Positions 11,114 to 23,643 of a stretch of 64,000 nucleotides of DNA are shown here, piece after piece. This DNA comes from Minutocellus sp. GHC0000111 (taxonomy: Eukaryota). The translations under genes and the position numbers were made by a program. The stretch covers positions 3,224,001 to 3,288,000 of the forward strand of contig OZ361257.1 in NCBI GenBank assembly GCA_977018835.1, written 5' to 3'. Position 1 is the first letter of the stretch, and each line of letters starts with the position of its first letter. The notes under the pieces are model-generated. The model was not told the DNA's origin. It was given only the letters and a program-made list of their open reading frames with translations, and made no database searches.

Positions 11114-11757
11114 CGCAGTACAACAGAGTGCATCATCCGTTGCACACAAGTGCCATATCACACAAAGACACATTAGCTAGAACGCCCGCCTGCAAGCACA
11201 CACATTGTCCCATCTACGTACCAACGTAGCAATCACGCTAGCTAGACTAGCCAACCAGCCACAGACAAAATGTGCCATGCCCATATGCGCTACCGAGCGA
11301 GGGACGACAACTTACTTCCACACTACCTTTTGCCACCACGCCACCACCCAGAGCCAAACATCGGCATCTAACCAAAAGCTAACCTCAGTCGAGGGTTCTG
11401 GTCAGCTTCGGTCGGCCATGTGCAGGGAATCACTTCCAGCATCACATCAGCTACGCAGCGAACTTACTTCTCACTGACTCGGCTCAGCTAGCTACTAGTA
11501 CGCAGATCGCCAGTTGCGTCCCAGGCTACCGTACCTATACCATTCACAATACTCATATCGTTCACACCACTCCATTCTTATAGATTTCATTGTATCACTA
11601 AATAACAAAATGGGTTTTCATCCGATTTGCGTAAATATTTTTACATGACATCAGACTTACCTTCAATTCAAGTCATTCCCGCCATTGCTATTGCACTGCG
11701 CCCCGCCTCATCGAAGGTTAGCTTTCGTCGTCGTCAGAGAACCGGTACTGCTGTACC

Positions 11758-13263
11758 ATGACGAAAAGCAGCAGCAGCTACATCGATAGGAGCCTGTTTG
11801 GAGAAAGGAGAAATGTCAAGCTACTCCGTAACAAGAGGAGGCAAAAGCTGCAGGACGAAGAGGCAAAGGCAGTCGCCGTTGTTGACGCCACGCCACCCTC
11901 ACCTGCAGTTGCTGCAAGTCGTGAGGAGCTGAGAATCATTCAATCGCATTCTATTGGGCCCTTCCCAACAAATGCATCCAAAGACTCTCTATCCACGAGC
12001 AATACCAACACCAATAATGAACGAGCAAGGGAGAGGAAGAAATATATGGAAGCCTTGGAAGCCAATGCCGCTGCCACCAGGAATCAAAGAGACGAGGACT
12101 CCTGCCAAAGCAACAAGCAACAGGCCAAGACACGTGCCATTCGAAGGCAAGCCCAGGAGAAGGTAGAAAACGAGGAAGATGTAGTGAAGCGACTGCAAAC
12201 CTACAGTCAGCGAGCCATTGCCTTTCACATTCGAGACATGCAGCTTCGAGATAAGGTGGTACAAGAACAAAAGGAGAAGGAATACGAGCGACGGATGGAA
12301 CTGGCCATGGAGGCAGATCGGCTACGAGAGATTGAACGGAGGGAGCAGGAGGAGGCAGACAAGGTACAAAGGCTCGTGGAGGCACGTAGGGTAATCGAAG
12401 ATCAGATCAACGAGCGTCATCAGCAGCAGCTGTTGCGGGAGGAGGCCAAGGATCAAGAAAATCGAGATATGCTGGAGCAAATCAAACGATTTCAGCTCGA
12501 AGAGGAGGATCGAGCCAAGGAACGGAAGGAGCAGGCTGCCCTGGCCCGGCTGGAGGTGATCCGACTTAACGAGGAAGCAGCCGAGGCCAAGAGGCTGGAG
12601 CGGCTCCGTGAGAAAGAGGAGGATGATCAGATATTGGCCTATCAGGCTCAGCAAGATGAGATTTTGCGGAAGCGGGAGGAGGAAGAGCGAGAGGCAGAAC
12701 TACGGAAGAAGGAGCTGCAGAAGAAGCTTCTCGAGAACCAATCTCGCACGTTGGATAGGCGTGCTGAGCTAGATGAGCTCCGAGCCCGTCGAGCGGCCGA
12801 GCAGAAGGAACGCGAGTTCCGTCGAAAGGAGCTTGCCGAGGCCCAAAAGAGGAAGAAGGATCTCGCCATGCTGCAGGAAGCTCACTGGCAGCAGGAGGAA
12901 GAGAAGAAACAGGAACGACGGAGACTAGCCAAAATGAGACAAGAAGAGTACGAGGGAGCCATGAGACAGGCAAAGAACATGGCACGCCGGGAGGAGCAAG
13001 AGGCCGAACTCGTTCGAAGAAAGAATGCCGAATTCCGGTTGGCAATCCAGCAGCAAATTTTAGACCGTGAATTGCAACGCAAGGCTCAACAGCGCGAAAA
13101 GTTCAACGAAGGGCGCCGTAGACAAGAGGCAATGAAAGAAGACATTGCAAAGATGGAAGCCATTCGAGACAGAATGGTGAAGGAGTTGCAAGCTCAGGGC
13201 ATTCGTCGGGAATATTGGGCCGAAATGATGAGGCTGGACATTGGGGACTTTCTGAGCAAATGA
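11758..13263 (+). CDS. CFAP45: Cilia- and flagella-associated protein 45 (TPH coiled-coil domain)
   Basis: E/R/K/Q-rich coiled coil with EEDVVK...IRDMQLRDK and a C-terminal KELQAQGI..EYWAEM, as recalled for CFAP45/CCDC19. Confidence 0.75.
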   Translation: MTKSSSSYIDRSLFGERRNVKLLRNKRRQKLQDEEAKAVAVVDATPPSPAVAASREELRIIQSHSIGPFPTNASKDSLSTSNTNTNNERARERKKYMEALEANAAATRNQRDEDSCQSNKQQAKTRAIRRQAQEKVENEEDVVKRLQTYSQRAIAFHIRDMQLRDKVVQEQKEKEYERRMELAMEADRLREIERREQEEADKVQRLVEARRVIEDQINERHQQQLLREEAKDQENRDMLEQIKRFQLEEEDRAKERKEQAALARLEVIRLNEEAAEAKRLERLREKEEDDQILAYQAQQDEILRKREEEEREAELRKKELQKKLLENQSRTLDRRAELDELRARRAAEQKEREFRRKELAEAQKRKKDLAMLQEAHWQQEEEKKQERRRLAKMRQEEYEGAMRQAKNMARREEQEAELVRRKNAEFRLAIQQQILDRELQRKAQQREKFNEGRRRQEAMKEDIAKMEAIRDRMVKELQAQGIRREYWAEMMRLDIGDFLSK

Positions 13264-13451
13264 ACAAGCGAAACAATGCTACTAATACATGTTAACATGC
13301 AAATATCAAATTGTCATCTGAGGGTAAGATCAATAGGGTCAAGGCAATTCGCCGTACGAACTTCGTCTTTCTAATTCGTAGTGATGTTCAGGGCCACTCC
13401 TGTACCCAGGTAACCTCGGAATTGCCTCCGCGACTCTAGCCTATACATGTA

Positions 13452-14423
13452 TAACAATTTTCTACGTAGACGTTTATAGGATCGACATAATCAGAAGATG
13501 AGAAGCGAAGAAAGTAGGATAAGCAAAGCCAGCCGCAAATAATTACTCATAGCGCCGTTCAGGTCCACTTCTAAATCCTCTAAACTGCTCGTAGTAACCA
13601 TATTCTCGACTCGAATGACGAGCCGAGAATCCGTCACCATCAGAGCATCTACCAGTCCCAAAATGATTCTTTGCCTCCTCAGCGACCCTAGCTGCCTCTC
13701 CTCTCGAGCCTCGAACAAAATGCAGTCGTGATCTCTTGTGTAAAGAGAGACCGCGGGCAATGGCGCCAGCAATCGCTCGTCGATAAAGGTGCAAGGTGAC
13801 AGAATATGCTCCACCCTTTACCTCGGTCTCAAAAATCGGAGAATTATATACTGCATCACCCCGAGCTACCGCCATGCGAGCGCAAACTTTTAGTACCTCT
13901 TGGAAGTCTTCGTTTGTTTCACCGTATGCTCCGATGACGAGCGGGATAACACCTCCTCTACAGAAAGTATTGTAGGCATTCTGGAACGGACCTGAAGCGC
14001 CATCGGTGCTGTCCTCCGTCACATTTGGAGCAAAGACTTGATCAATCCTCTTAACCTTTCGAACGTACTCGGACTTGATGCCAGTAGCGCGAGATTCCAC
14101 CGCTTTCGTTTGAGCGAAGTTGTATCGAGTAGGGCAGGCAGTAATAGTCTTCATCTCGAAGATAGAAGGCGGTACTACAGTTTCTGCCAGCTCGTCGAGG
14201 GCGGTCAGAGCTTGGATTGTTATAGACGATGATGTCTGGCACCATGCATTGTCGTCTATCCGATCCACTGCGTTTTTCTCCTCACTCTCGGTTGATTGCA
14301 GTGGAATATTGATCAATAAAAGGAGAAGGAACCTTTCCATGAAACATGTTCCACGCTTCCGAGTCAGAGACGAATCCAGCTTCTCGCATGATTGACCGAG
14401 TCAGGTGTACAGCGTCGTTGTGA
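13452..14423 (-). mobile_element. 5'-truncated non-LTR retrotransposon with a restriction-like endonuclease (CRE-like), degenerate
   Basis: 14-bp direct repeat AGCCTATACATGTA at 13438-13451 and 14424-14437. Minus strand encodes HND...E...VPDIIV / FEMKT...RY...PLVIGAYGE. TGA at 14282-14284 and a frameshift near 14175. Confidence 0.8.
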
Positions 14424-14800
14424 AGCCTATACATGTAGGGGCGATTTGGATAGAGGCCGGCCGGTGCAAGGTATATAACGTTACGTAGGTCTTATGTAAG
14501 CACTTACATATCATTTCTTATTCTATCTGTTCTTTTGCGTGTAATTTCCACCACTAATGGGCCCCTCTACTATCTTTCTCTTGTCGTCGTGCATGCACCG
14601 GCACAACAGAGTAACATAGCAAGAGAGTAAAAGTCATCTATTGATTCTACAGCTTGTGCGCCACCAGAACACAAGTGCGGACCATCGCAAAAAGCGTGAT
14701 ACCACGTCCTTTTCCTTCGAGGCTGCTACATACAGGGATAATCATTTAGTACAAGTCAGATCCTTCTTTCCTCCATACGATTAAACCCCTCTGGTGGTTC

Positions 14801-17026
14801 TTATGCCGATCCATCAGCCTTGTTCAAGTCCTCAACAGCCTCTCGCCTTCTGGCGTAGTACTGATCGATGACCTTCTTGGGAATCTTCTTGAGCAGCTCC
14901 TTGGGGAAGGCACGGAGGATACCCCAAGCAAGGTCGAGCGACTCGAAAATGGTACGAGCCTGGTACGGGCCCTGCGAAACGAACTTGCCCTCGAACCTCT
15001 CAAGGAAGGACAGGTACAGATGATCCTCCATGGAGAGAGCCTCCTCACCGACGACGGCCTTTATAGCCATAACATCCTTACCCATGGCATACGAGGCGTA
15101 GAGCTGGTTGGACACAGAGCCGTGGTCGCCACGAGTCATGCCCTCTCCAATGGCCGACTTCATCAAACGCGACAGCGACGGAAGGACGTTAATCGGGGGG
15201 AAAATGCCCTTGGTGTGCAGCTGACGGTCGAGGTAGATCTGTCCCTCGGTAATGTAACCCGTAAGATCGGGAATGGGGTGAGTAATATCATCGTTGGGCA
15301 TGGTAAGGATGGGGAGCTGGGTGATGGAACCGTTACGGCCAACGACACGTCCGGCACGCTCGTAAATGGTGGAAAGATCGGTGTACATGTAACCGGGGTA
15401 ACCACGGCGGCAAGGAACCTCCTCACGGGCAGCGGAAACCTCACGGAGGGCATCGGCGTAGGAAGACATGTCGGTAAGGATGACCAGGACGTGAAGGTCG
15501 CGCTCGTAGGCAAGGTACTCGGCGGTGGTAAGGGCGAGACGGGGGGTAATGATACGCTCAATGGTGGGATCGTTGGCAAGGTTGAGGAAAAGGGCCGTGC
15601 GCTGCATGGCACCGGATTCCTCGAAGTCGGAGCGGAAGAAACGGGCGGTTTCCATGTTCACGCCCATGGCACCGAAGACGATGGCGAAGTTCTCCTCGTG
15701 TCCATCGACGGTGTCCTTCTGCTGGACGAGAGAGGCCTGACGGGCAATCTGGGCGGCGACCTCATTGTGGGGAAGACCGGCGGCGGAGAAGATGGGGATC
15801 TTCTGTCCACGGGCGACAGAGTTCATGACGTCAATGGCGGAGATACCGGTCTGAATCATGGCCTTGGGGTAGTCACGGGAGGAGGGGTTGATGGGCTGTC
15901 CGTTGATGTCGAGGTAGGCCTCGGCCAGGACCTTGGGGGCGGAGTCGATGACCTTTCCGGATCCGTTGAAGGATCGGCCAAGCATTTCCTCGGAAACTCC
16001 CATCTTGAGGACGTCGCCGGTGAATTCGCAGTGCGTCTTGCGGTTGTCAATGCCGGAGGTACCCTCAAAGACCTGAACGACGGCACGGGAACCGGCAACC
16101 TCAAGGACCTGACCGGAACGCTCGGTGCCATCTCCGAGGCGGAGGTTGACAATTTCGGCGAACTTGGGGAGCTTGACATTGTCCAGAATGACCAGAGGAC
16201 CGTTCGCACCGGAGATGGTACTGTTGTTTGAGTTGATAAGGATGATTTTGCGATAAAGCGGGCAAAAGGAACATAAACATTCGATGAGAAATTTTTAAGA
16301 GTTGGAGGAGAAGGCATGGTATCATCGGATCTTGTCGGCATATTCCCAGCCAAGCATGAGAATTGCACCCATCTTATCTTCTTGCATTCGCTAAGCCCAT
16401 GGAGGGAGCCTTGGGGTTGCAAAAAGGTCGGTAGGGATATTTGGCTCGTTTGGGTTTGGCATGTTTTTTTTGGCTTGGTTGGTTGGAGATGACGTTCGAT
16501 CGCTCGACTGCATCCGCACTCCCTCCCACGCTCTGAGCCCCCCGGAAGAGACCGACAACCATGACGACCATACACGTGGTTATTCCAATCACCCAGTCCA
16601 CTCCGGCCTAGGCAATTTTCCGTTGCTTATCCCTCCGGCGCACTAATGTCTAGGCCTACCAACGCTGCCGCCGCGGCAGATCGTTAGGGGACGGAACTGG
16701 AACTGGCCGCCAAAAATTCCCCGGTACATGATGTGCCTAAAAGATGTGTGTTCCACCCCATGCAACCTACGATTACGATGCTCACACCGCGTGCAGGCAT
16801 GTCGCTGGAATGGGAATGCATCCTTCAACCTCAAGATGATGGTCGCGCCCCCTTTCATAGGCAAAGCATAGCAGCATAGCACACGCAAAACATAAGGCCA
16901 ACGCCAACCCACCGCCAAACACAAAACTCACCGGTAGTCCAGGCGGGGATGGACGGCGTAGTCCTGGACGACGCCGAGCTGGTCGAGCTTTTGACGCTCC
17001 GGGATGAACCGCTCCTCGTGAGACAT
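14801..17026 (-). CDS. ATP6V1B: V-type H+-ATPase subunit B (exons 17026-16932, 16220-14801)
   Basis: [56 protein letters not shown]; 711-nt GT-AG intron. Confidence 0.95.
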
Positions 17027-17459
17027 GGTTGGAAGCTTGCTTTGTAAGGTAGCGGATAGGGAGGGGGTAGGTTGGGCGGGTCGGACGATATCCTATGCTT
17101 ACGCAAGGGACCGCCAATAACCGAAGGAGTGTGGTGCGTGTAGCAAGCGCAGAAGCTTTTTGGCGATCTGCAATGCCGACCTCGTATGGCATTATTTAGC
17201 CTCGTATAGACCTCGTATGGCATTATTTAGCGTTTCCTCGTATAGCGTCCGTCCAAATTAATCGCAACGTCGTCTGCCGAGACAAAATGCTCAGGAATGT
17301 AAGGCGATTTTGATGTGGATGGACTGGTCGATACGAGGTCTTTCCAGCAATAAATATTAAAAAGTGCGTGATAACCCTAACCCTAACAGCTCCAGCACGC
17401 GTTTCGGCCACGATGAGCATAAGAGGAAAAAACAGAGAGACCGACCAGTCAGCCCAACC
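17027..17459. promoter_or_regulatory. Putative bidirectional promoter between V-ATPase B and G
   Basis: 433-bp gap between divergent ATGs; 23-bp direct repeat at 17178 and 17209; TAACCCTAACCCTAAC at 17372. Confidence 0.5.
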
Positions 17460-18287
17460 ATGAGCAGCGGTACCGGTATTCAAGAGCTGATGGCGGCCGA
17501 GACCCGGGCGTCTCAGATCGTGGCCGAGGCCAGGGCCGCCCGCGGCGATCGGATGAAGCAGGCCAAGTGAGTTTCCTTTTACGTGTAGTGTAGGAGGGGT
17601 TCGGCTCCGGCTCCGTCCGGCTCCGCACGAACTGACGGCAGCTCAACAGCAGGAGTCGGCCACGAAAAAATTAAATGCTGGATCAGTTGCAATGGCCAAA
17701 AGGTAGATAAGCGCCCGGGATACTTTGGCGATAACACGGAAATATATTGCAGGGGGGTGTCCCACCGGCCAATCAAACTAACTCGGCGCAGCACTTGAGA
17801 TGATGATTTTCGGCGACGAGAGAATGGTCGGAGGCGCAGTAGATAGAAATGCAGCCGTTCCGTTCAGCTGGTGGTTTTGTATTTTGCCCTTGGCCAATGC
17901 GTCGAAGATCAATATAGATGCACACCTTGCATTCCTCATTCCTGATTGATATCTAACGCTTTCGTCCCGTTTCTCCTCTGTCGTCATCATCATTCAACAT
18001 CAAAAATCAAAAACAGGGTCGATGCCCAAACCCTCATTGATACGTACAGGGGTGAGAAGCAGGAGGAGTTCAATAGCCGAGTCCTGGCGGCGGGCGGTAC
18101 CGGCGGATCGGCCTCCGCCAAGCTCCAGGCAGAAACCAACAACGACATCCAGGCCATGCAGGGACAGTTCCAGTCCAACGCACAGAAGGCCACCGACGTA
18201 CTCCTTTCCAAGTGCTGTGAGGTGAGCCTCGAGGTCCCGACCGCACGAGTTCGGGCCACACAGAAGGCGTACGGCGTTGCCAACTAA
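17460..18287 (+). CDS. ATP6V1G: V-type H+-ATPase subunit G (exons 17460-17566, 18017-18287)
   Basis: MSSGTGIQELMAAETRASQIVAEAR..R..RMKQAK|VDAQTLIDTYR; intron 17567-18016. Confidence 0.92.
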
Positions 18288-18838
18288 GTAGAATCTAGAG
18301 GCACCAACCAAGTGCAGTAGATCTAGTCCTGCAGCGCATACATATGTAGGCCAATGTTTATTCACGTGCATATATACTATATACCGTAGATCGAGTTTAT
18401 GCATTATAGGGCATAGAGGGCAAAACTTGGGGTATCGAGAGACGGAGGGTGAGAATAGAAAATGGAAAGGATCGTGAACCATTTGTTGGAGTCCCGAGAC
18501 AAAATGAAGTGGAAATGAACTTGAGAATTGGGGGTGGGTTGTTCACATGACTCCTTTTAGAGACCATGGTAACCGCAATTAACAATCAAGACACATTGAA
18601 CGAGATCTACATGTACGCACCAGTAGAACAAAGTTTCGATGCATTTCTCTTGCGCTTAGATCAACTCAAACGATGATTTTTGTCTCTTTTGTGGTCTAGA
18701 GAGCTACCGCACTGGTAATGACTTGGAAATAGAGTAGGCACAATTCATGGAAACTAGCGACACAAAAAAAATGCAACAAGAGACAGCCGATTACGGTAAA
18801 TGAAAAGTCTTCCATTCGAAAAAATAAATTAGTTTAGT

Positions 18839-20425
18839 TTATTTCTTCTTGCCACCCGAGGTGTTGTGCATGAAAACGACAATGTCGCCATCCTGCATCT
18901 CGTACAGCTTGCCTTCTTGTCTGTACTTGCCAGCTTCTTTCGGTCCGGCCATACTGGGCTTTCCATCATGGTACTTCTTGAAATCATCGAATGCGCACAC
19001 TTCGGCCTTGATGAAACCACGCTCAAAGTCGGTGTGAATGACACCAGCGGCCTGTGGCGCAAGGGTACCCTTCATGATCGTCCAGGCGCGAACCTCCTTC
19101 GGTCCGGCTGTGTAGAAGGACTGCAGGCACAGAGCCTGCCGTCCTGATCGGATCAGGCGGGGGATGATCGACTTTGCGACGAATGCTGGTCCGGTGAGGC
19201 CCTGATCCTTGGCCTGCTGCGTGCATTCATCGAGGAACGCTGTAAGGAAATATGGAGAGGCAATGATAAAGAAATGGTATGAGAATGGATGTGATAGTGT
19301 ATTTGGGGAAGCGGCGACTCTTCTGCATTCTATCCACATTTCTCCATTCAAAATACAACTCACCCTTCTGAGCAGCAGGGTCGTCCTTCAGATCCCAGTA
19401 TTCCTGCTCGAACTCGCAGCTCATGGGGATGACCTGACCACCACCGTGAGTGTCCACCCATTCCTTAATCTTCGGCAGCCACTTTGAGGCCTTGCGGATG
19501 AAGTTCTTCTTGCTGAGGTTGACCACGTATATTTGTGGCTTGGTTGTGATGAGGCCCCAATCCTTGATCAGCTCGACCTCACCATTGGTGAAATCGCCAG
19601 TTTGGACTGGCGTGTTGGCCTCGAGCAATTTGTTCACCTTCTCAAATGCGGACAAGAAGGTATCGCTGAACTTCACTTCTGCCTGGCGCGACATGCCCTT
19701 CTCCTTGCGGATGCGATCCTTCTCGCGCTCCTCCGTCTTGCTCATGGTCTCCCTATCCTTGGCACAAAGCTCACCCTGGATGGTGTCAAGGTCGCGAATG
19801 GGATCGACGGAATCATCAACATGAACGATGTCGTCATCATCAAAAGCACGAACCAGATGGAAAATACCATCGACGGCGGCAATGTGCGAAAGGAAGGCAT
19901 TACCAAGTCCAGCACCCTCCGATGCGCCACGGATCAGACCAGCAATGTCAGTAACCTTGAGAGCGGCCGGAACAACGCTAGGAGGCTTCCAGCAGTCCGC
20001 CAAATACTTGAATTTCTGGTCGGGGACGATGCACCGAACGACGTTGGGGTCGATGGTGCAGAAGGGGTAGTTAGCGGCCTCGGCATGAGCAGCTCCAGCC
20101 AAGAGATTGGTCAAGGTCGACTTTCCAACGTTGGGAAGCCCTGATTGTGAATGATGGAATAGATGCATGTACATGTTAGAAAAAAGTATGGAAGAAACGG
20201 CTGCGAGGCATTATAGCCTACAACATAATATGTGCAACAGTTGCAGCGGAAGCAATGCGTTGCTTTTGTGTTTTGTCCGCGCAACCGCCAAGTTTCCCCT
20301 CGCTCTGGAATGAGACCAAACTCACCAACAAATCCCATCGCAAGGTCATTCTTTACGCGACCGAATCGGGCAGCCTTCATGGCCCCGAGGTCCTCGGCCT
20401 CTTCCTTCTTCTTCTTGGGTGGCAT
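18839..20425 (-). CDS. OLA1: Obg-like ATPase 1 / YchF (exons 20425-20326, 20140-19364, 19239-18839)
   Basis: GLPNVGKS, NYPFCTIDPN, DIAGL, GLGNAFLSHI, APQAAGVIHTDFERGFIKAE; introns in phase. Confidence 0.95.
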
Positions 20426-21258
20426 GGTGGGGTTCTACGGTTGGGTTTTTGTTGTTATTCCTACGTCCAATGCGAGAGCGATACCAGCAAAATGCCGCGT
20501 ATTGGGTTATGAGGCAAATCGTGACGGCGGAAAGACTAAATTATCGGCACGACCATTGTCCCATGAATATTGAATTGCCTGCTGCTGCGGCCCTTGGCGT
20601 GTTGACACTTTTGTTCCGTCGTCGGCGGCGGCCCCCTCTGGCGTCGACTGCATGCACAGTGCAGTGCCGATGCCAGATGCCCCCCCCCCCATCGCCGCCT
20701 CGTAAAGGCCATGCACACCTATAAAATGACAACACGCATAGATTGGGAATTCCTTCATCCAGTGCAAGCCACCACCGGCAATGCAGCAAATCAAAGCAAG
20801 TGGTCTCTCCTTTTCTTCTTCCGAGTTGGGAGAGCGTGGGCTCCTGCTGCTCAGAAAGATTAACACAAGCACAGATCAAAATAAAAACTAAAACTTGGTA
20901 CCTTTAAAAGTAATCGTAATGTCTCTTACTTTTAAAATGTCAAAAGTATATCTGGGAGAGCCCGCCAACAAACAAAGTACCATTTGTTCGGTGGGACGTT
21001 TCAAGGGTCAGACCCAGACATTGTTGTGGAAAAATAGGTTCACTCGTTGGCCGCCGATTCTCCCTCTTCAAGCCCCTTCCACCCGAAACCAAGGGTGCAA
21101 TGGCTTAAGTGTGACGCTGGAAGAGGTAGAATTCGACAAAATAAAAGCTATGACGGTATCGGTATGATGATGGCCGATCAGAAAAAAGCGCTCCCAAGAA
21201 AAGTAGACGCAGACTTTTTGCTCGTCAACAAAGCAAGCAAGCTAGAGCTAGCTCGAAC

Positions 21259-21732
21259 TTAGGCCTTGCCATCGTAGCCCTTCTGGGGGTCGGTGTTGCC
21301 GGACCAGTCAAACTTGGTCTTGGCCATGCGGTGGCCGCGGGTGACGGACTTGAACCAGGACTGGCTGGTGTCGGTGCCACGGTCGAGGTAGAACTGGGTG
21401 TAGTCGAGGAACTTTCCGGCCTTGGCGACGTTGCGGTCGTAGTTGGCCTTCTTCTTGGCGGACTCCTTGTCGCGGATGGAGTTGTACTCGGTGGCGGAAA
21501 GGCCGGAGGGGACGTAGGAGTTGGAGCCGATCTTGCCCTGGGCAAGGTTCTTGCGGCTGCGGGCACCGTAGTCGTTCTGGTCGGCGACGGGGGCAAAGAG
21601 GTCCATGTCGAAGATGCGGGCGGCGATGGACTTCTTCTCGGCGAGCGAGGTGGCGGGGCGGCCGGCCTGCTGGGGGGCGAAGGCGGCGGCAGAGCCGATG
21701 AGGGCGGCAGCGACGACGGTCTGAGTCTTCAT
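21259..21732 (-). CDS. Small plastid-targeted protein
   Basis: MKTQTVVAAALIGSAAA-FAP bipartite presequence; strong codon bias. Confidence 0.85.
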   Translation of the reverse strand: MKTQTVVAAALIGSAAAFAPQQAGRPATSLAEKKSIAARIFDMDLFAPVADQNDYGARSRKNLAQGKIGSNSYVPSGLSATEYNSIRDKESAKKKANYDRNVAKAGKFLDYTQFYLDRGTDTSQSWFKSVTRGHRMAKTKFDWSGNTDPQKGYDGKA

Positions 21733-21998
21733 GGTTTCAATTATGGTATTGACTTCTTGCAAGAGAGAGTGAAGTCCAGTGCGATCGAATTCAGCGACGC
21801 AAGCATTTTTGGCACTTCAACACAAAGATTTGATTTGCTCCGGGTTCGGAAACTCGGAAACGTATCGATGCATTGCTAAAGTACAGTCGCCTGTTGGTTG
21901 AGAACGTGCTACAAGAAGACAAATGGTGAAATGACGTGTCTTGCTTCCACTTGCACTCCTTGGTCATTATTGCCTCCTGCTCAGCTAAAAGCATTACC

Positions 21999-23643
21999 AT
22001 GCCCCCCTCCTGCGACACCGTCCCCGAAGCCGACGCCGCCGACACCAAGATGGCCGATCCCAAGATTATCGACCTCATCAAGGCCAGGGAAGGCGAGGGT
22101 CAGGGGCCCTTTACCAGCCTCGAGTTCTTCCCCCCTCGGACCGACGAGGGAGTCAAGGTACGCTTGTGTTGGGTCTTGCTAATCCCTGAAGGGTATTTAT
22201 TTTTTGTTCCTCTCTGCACTAGATTGCAACATCTTCAATATCTCATCACTCTCTTTCTTCTTTGCTGTGTGTTTGTTCCATGCTGCCCCCGGCTTACTTC
22301 AATGCTGCATCATCAACGTTCAACAATATTTTCTTTGCTGCAATGACGATGATGGAATGAACTGGTTCAATGAATTGATATCTATTGTTCGTACTGCCAC
22401 GCCGCATAGAACCTCTACGCTCGGATGGAACGGATGAAGGAATCAACTTCCCCTCTATTCACCGACATTACCTGGGGCGCTGGCGGTTCCACTGCCGATC
22501 TTTCGTTGGACTTGGCCCTTCACATGCACAACAATGGCCACGTGGCCAACATGCACCTCACGTGCACCAACATGGACGAGAGCATCATCCGCGACGCTCT
22601 GCAGAAGTGCCTCGATGGGGGGATTCGCAACATCGTCGCCCTTCGCGGCGACCCTCCCGAAGGACAGGACGAGTGGAAGGCTACCGAGGGCGGCTTCACC
22701 TGCGCTCTCGATCTCGTCAAATACATGCGTGCCGAGTTCGGCGATGCCTTCGGCATTGCCGTTGCCGGTTATCCCGAGGGCCATCCCAACGCCATCACCG
22801 AGCTCAAGCCGGAGGAGGTGGAGAACATGACCGAGTCGGAGAAGAAGCGCTGTTCCGTCATCGACCGGGTTACAGCCGTCTGCCGAGACGAGGATTACAA
22901 GAAGGAGATGGATTATCTCAAGGAAAAGGTTGATGCCGGTGCTGGTAAGTTACATTCCATTTAGATGTTACATACATGACGCTGCGAACTTCCCGCAACG
23001 CTTTGATATGGCTGTACCAAATACATGCACCATCAATCTTACCCCGCAATTGTATTCGTTTTTTTCTTTTTCATTTCCTTGCCACTACCGACAGATGTTA
23101 TTATTACGCAAATGTTCTTCGATCCTGAGGTATTCATCAATTGGGTCAAGGATTGCCGTGCGTGGGGTATTGACTGCCCCATCATTCCTGGCCTTATGTG
23201 CATTAATGCCTACGCAGGCTTCAAGAAGATGATTGGCTTTTGCAAGACTCGGGTACCCCCGGCTCTGGAGGAAAAAATGGAGTCGATGAAGGACGACAAG
23301 GATGCCGTGAAGCAATTCGGTATCGAGTATGGTGCTGAGGTTTGCCAGAAGCTGCTCGATGCTGGAGCCTGTGGCTTGCACTTTTACACTCTCAACTTGG
23401 AGAAGGTTGTCTATGGGACTCTTGATAAGCTGGGCATCTCTTCCGGTCTATTGGAGCAGAGCAATGAGAAGGATGCCGCATCGATGGTTGCAAAGGGTTC
23501 TGCTTGGAGATACCGTGAAGAGTAGTGCGGGCGAGGGAACCGTTGTGGAGATCAAAGCTGATGGCACAGCCGTTGTTGATATTGGAGGTGAGACGCACGA
23601 GCTTGCCAAGGGAGCCTACGAAAAGCTCGGAAACGCGGTATGA
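21999..23643 (+). CDS. MTHFR: Methylenetetrahydrofolate reductase, short MetF-like form (exons 21999-22157, 22410-22944, 23095-end); apparent frameshift near 23507
   Basis: SLEFFPPRT, DITWGAGGST, MHLTCTN, NIVALRGDPP, VAGYPEGHP, ITQMFFD, GLHFYTLN. The frame stops at 23525; a coding-like continuation in another frame runs to 23643. Confidence 0.9.

Noticed and set aside
15020..16231. 403-aa plus-strand ORF (also the 356-aa ORF at 6618-7688)
   Set aside because: Antisense shadows of codon-biased genes (V-ATPase B, SOUL).
16221..16931. Long V-ATPase B intron as a possible snoRNA/ncRNA host
   Set aside because: No convincing C/D or H/ACA structure could be identified by eye.
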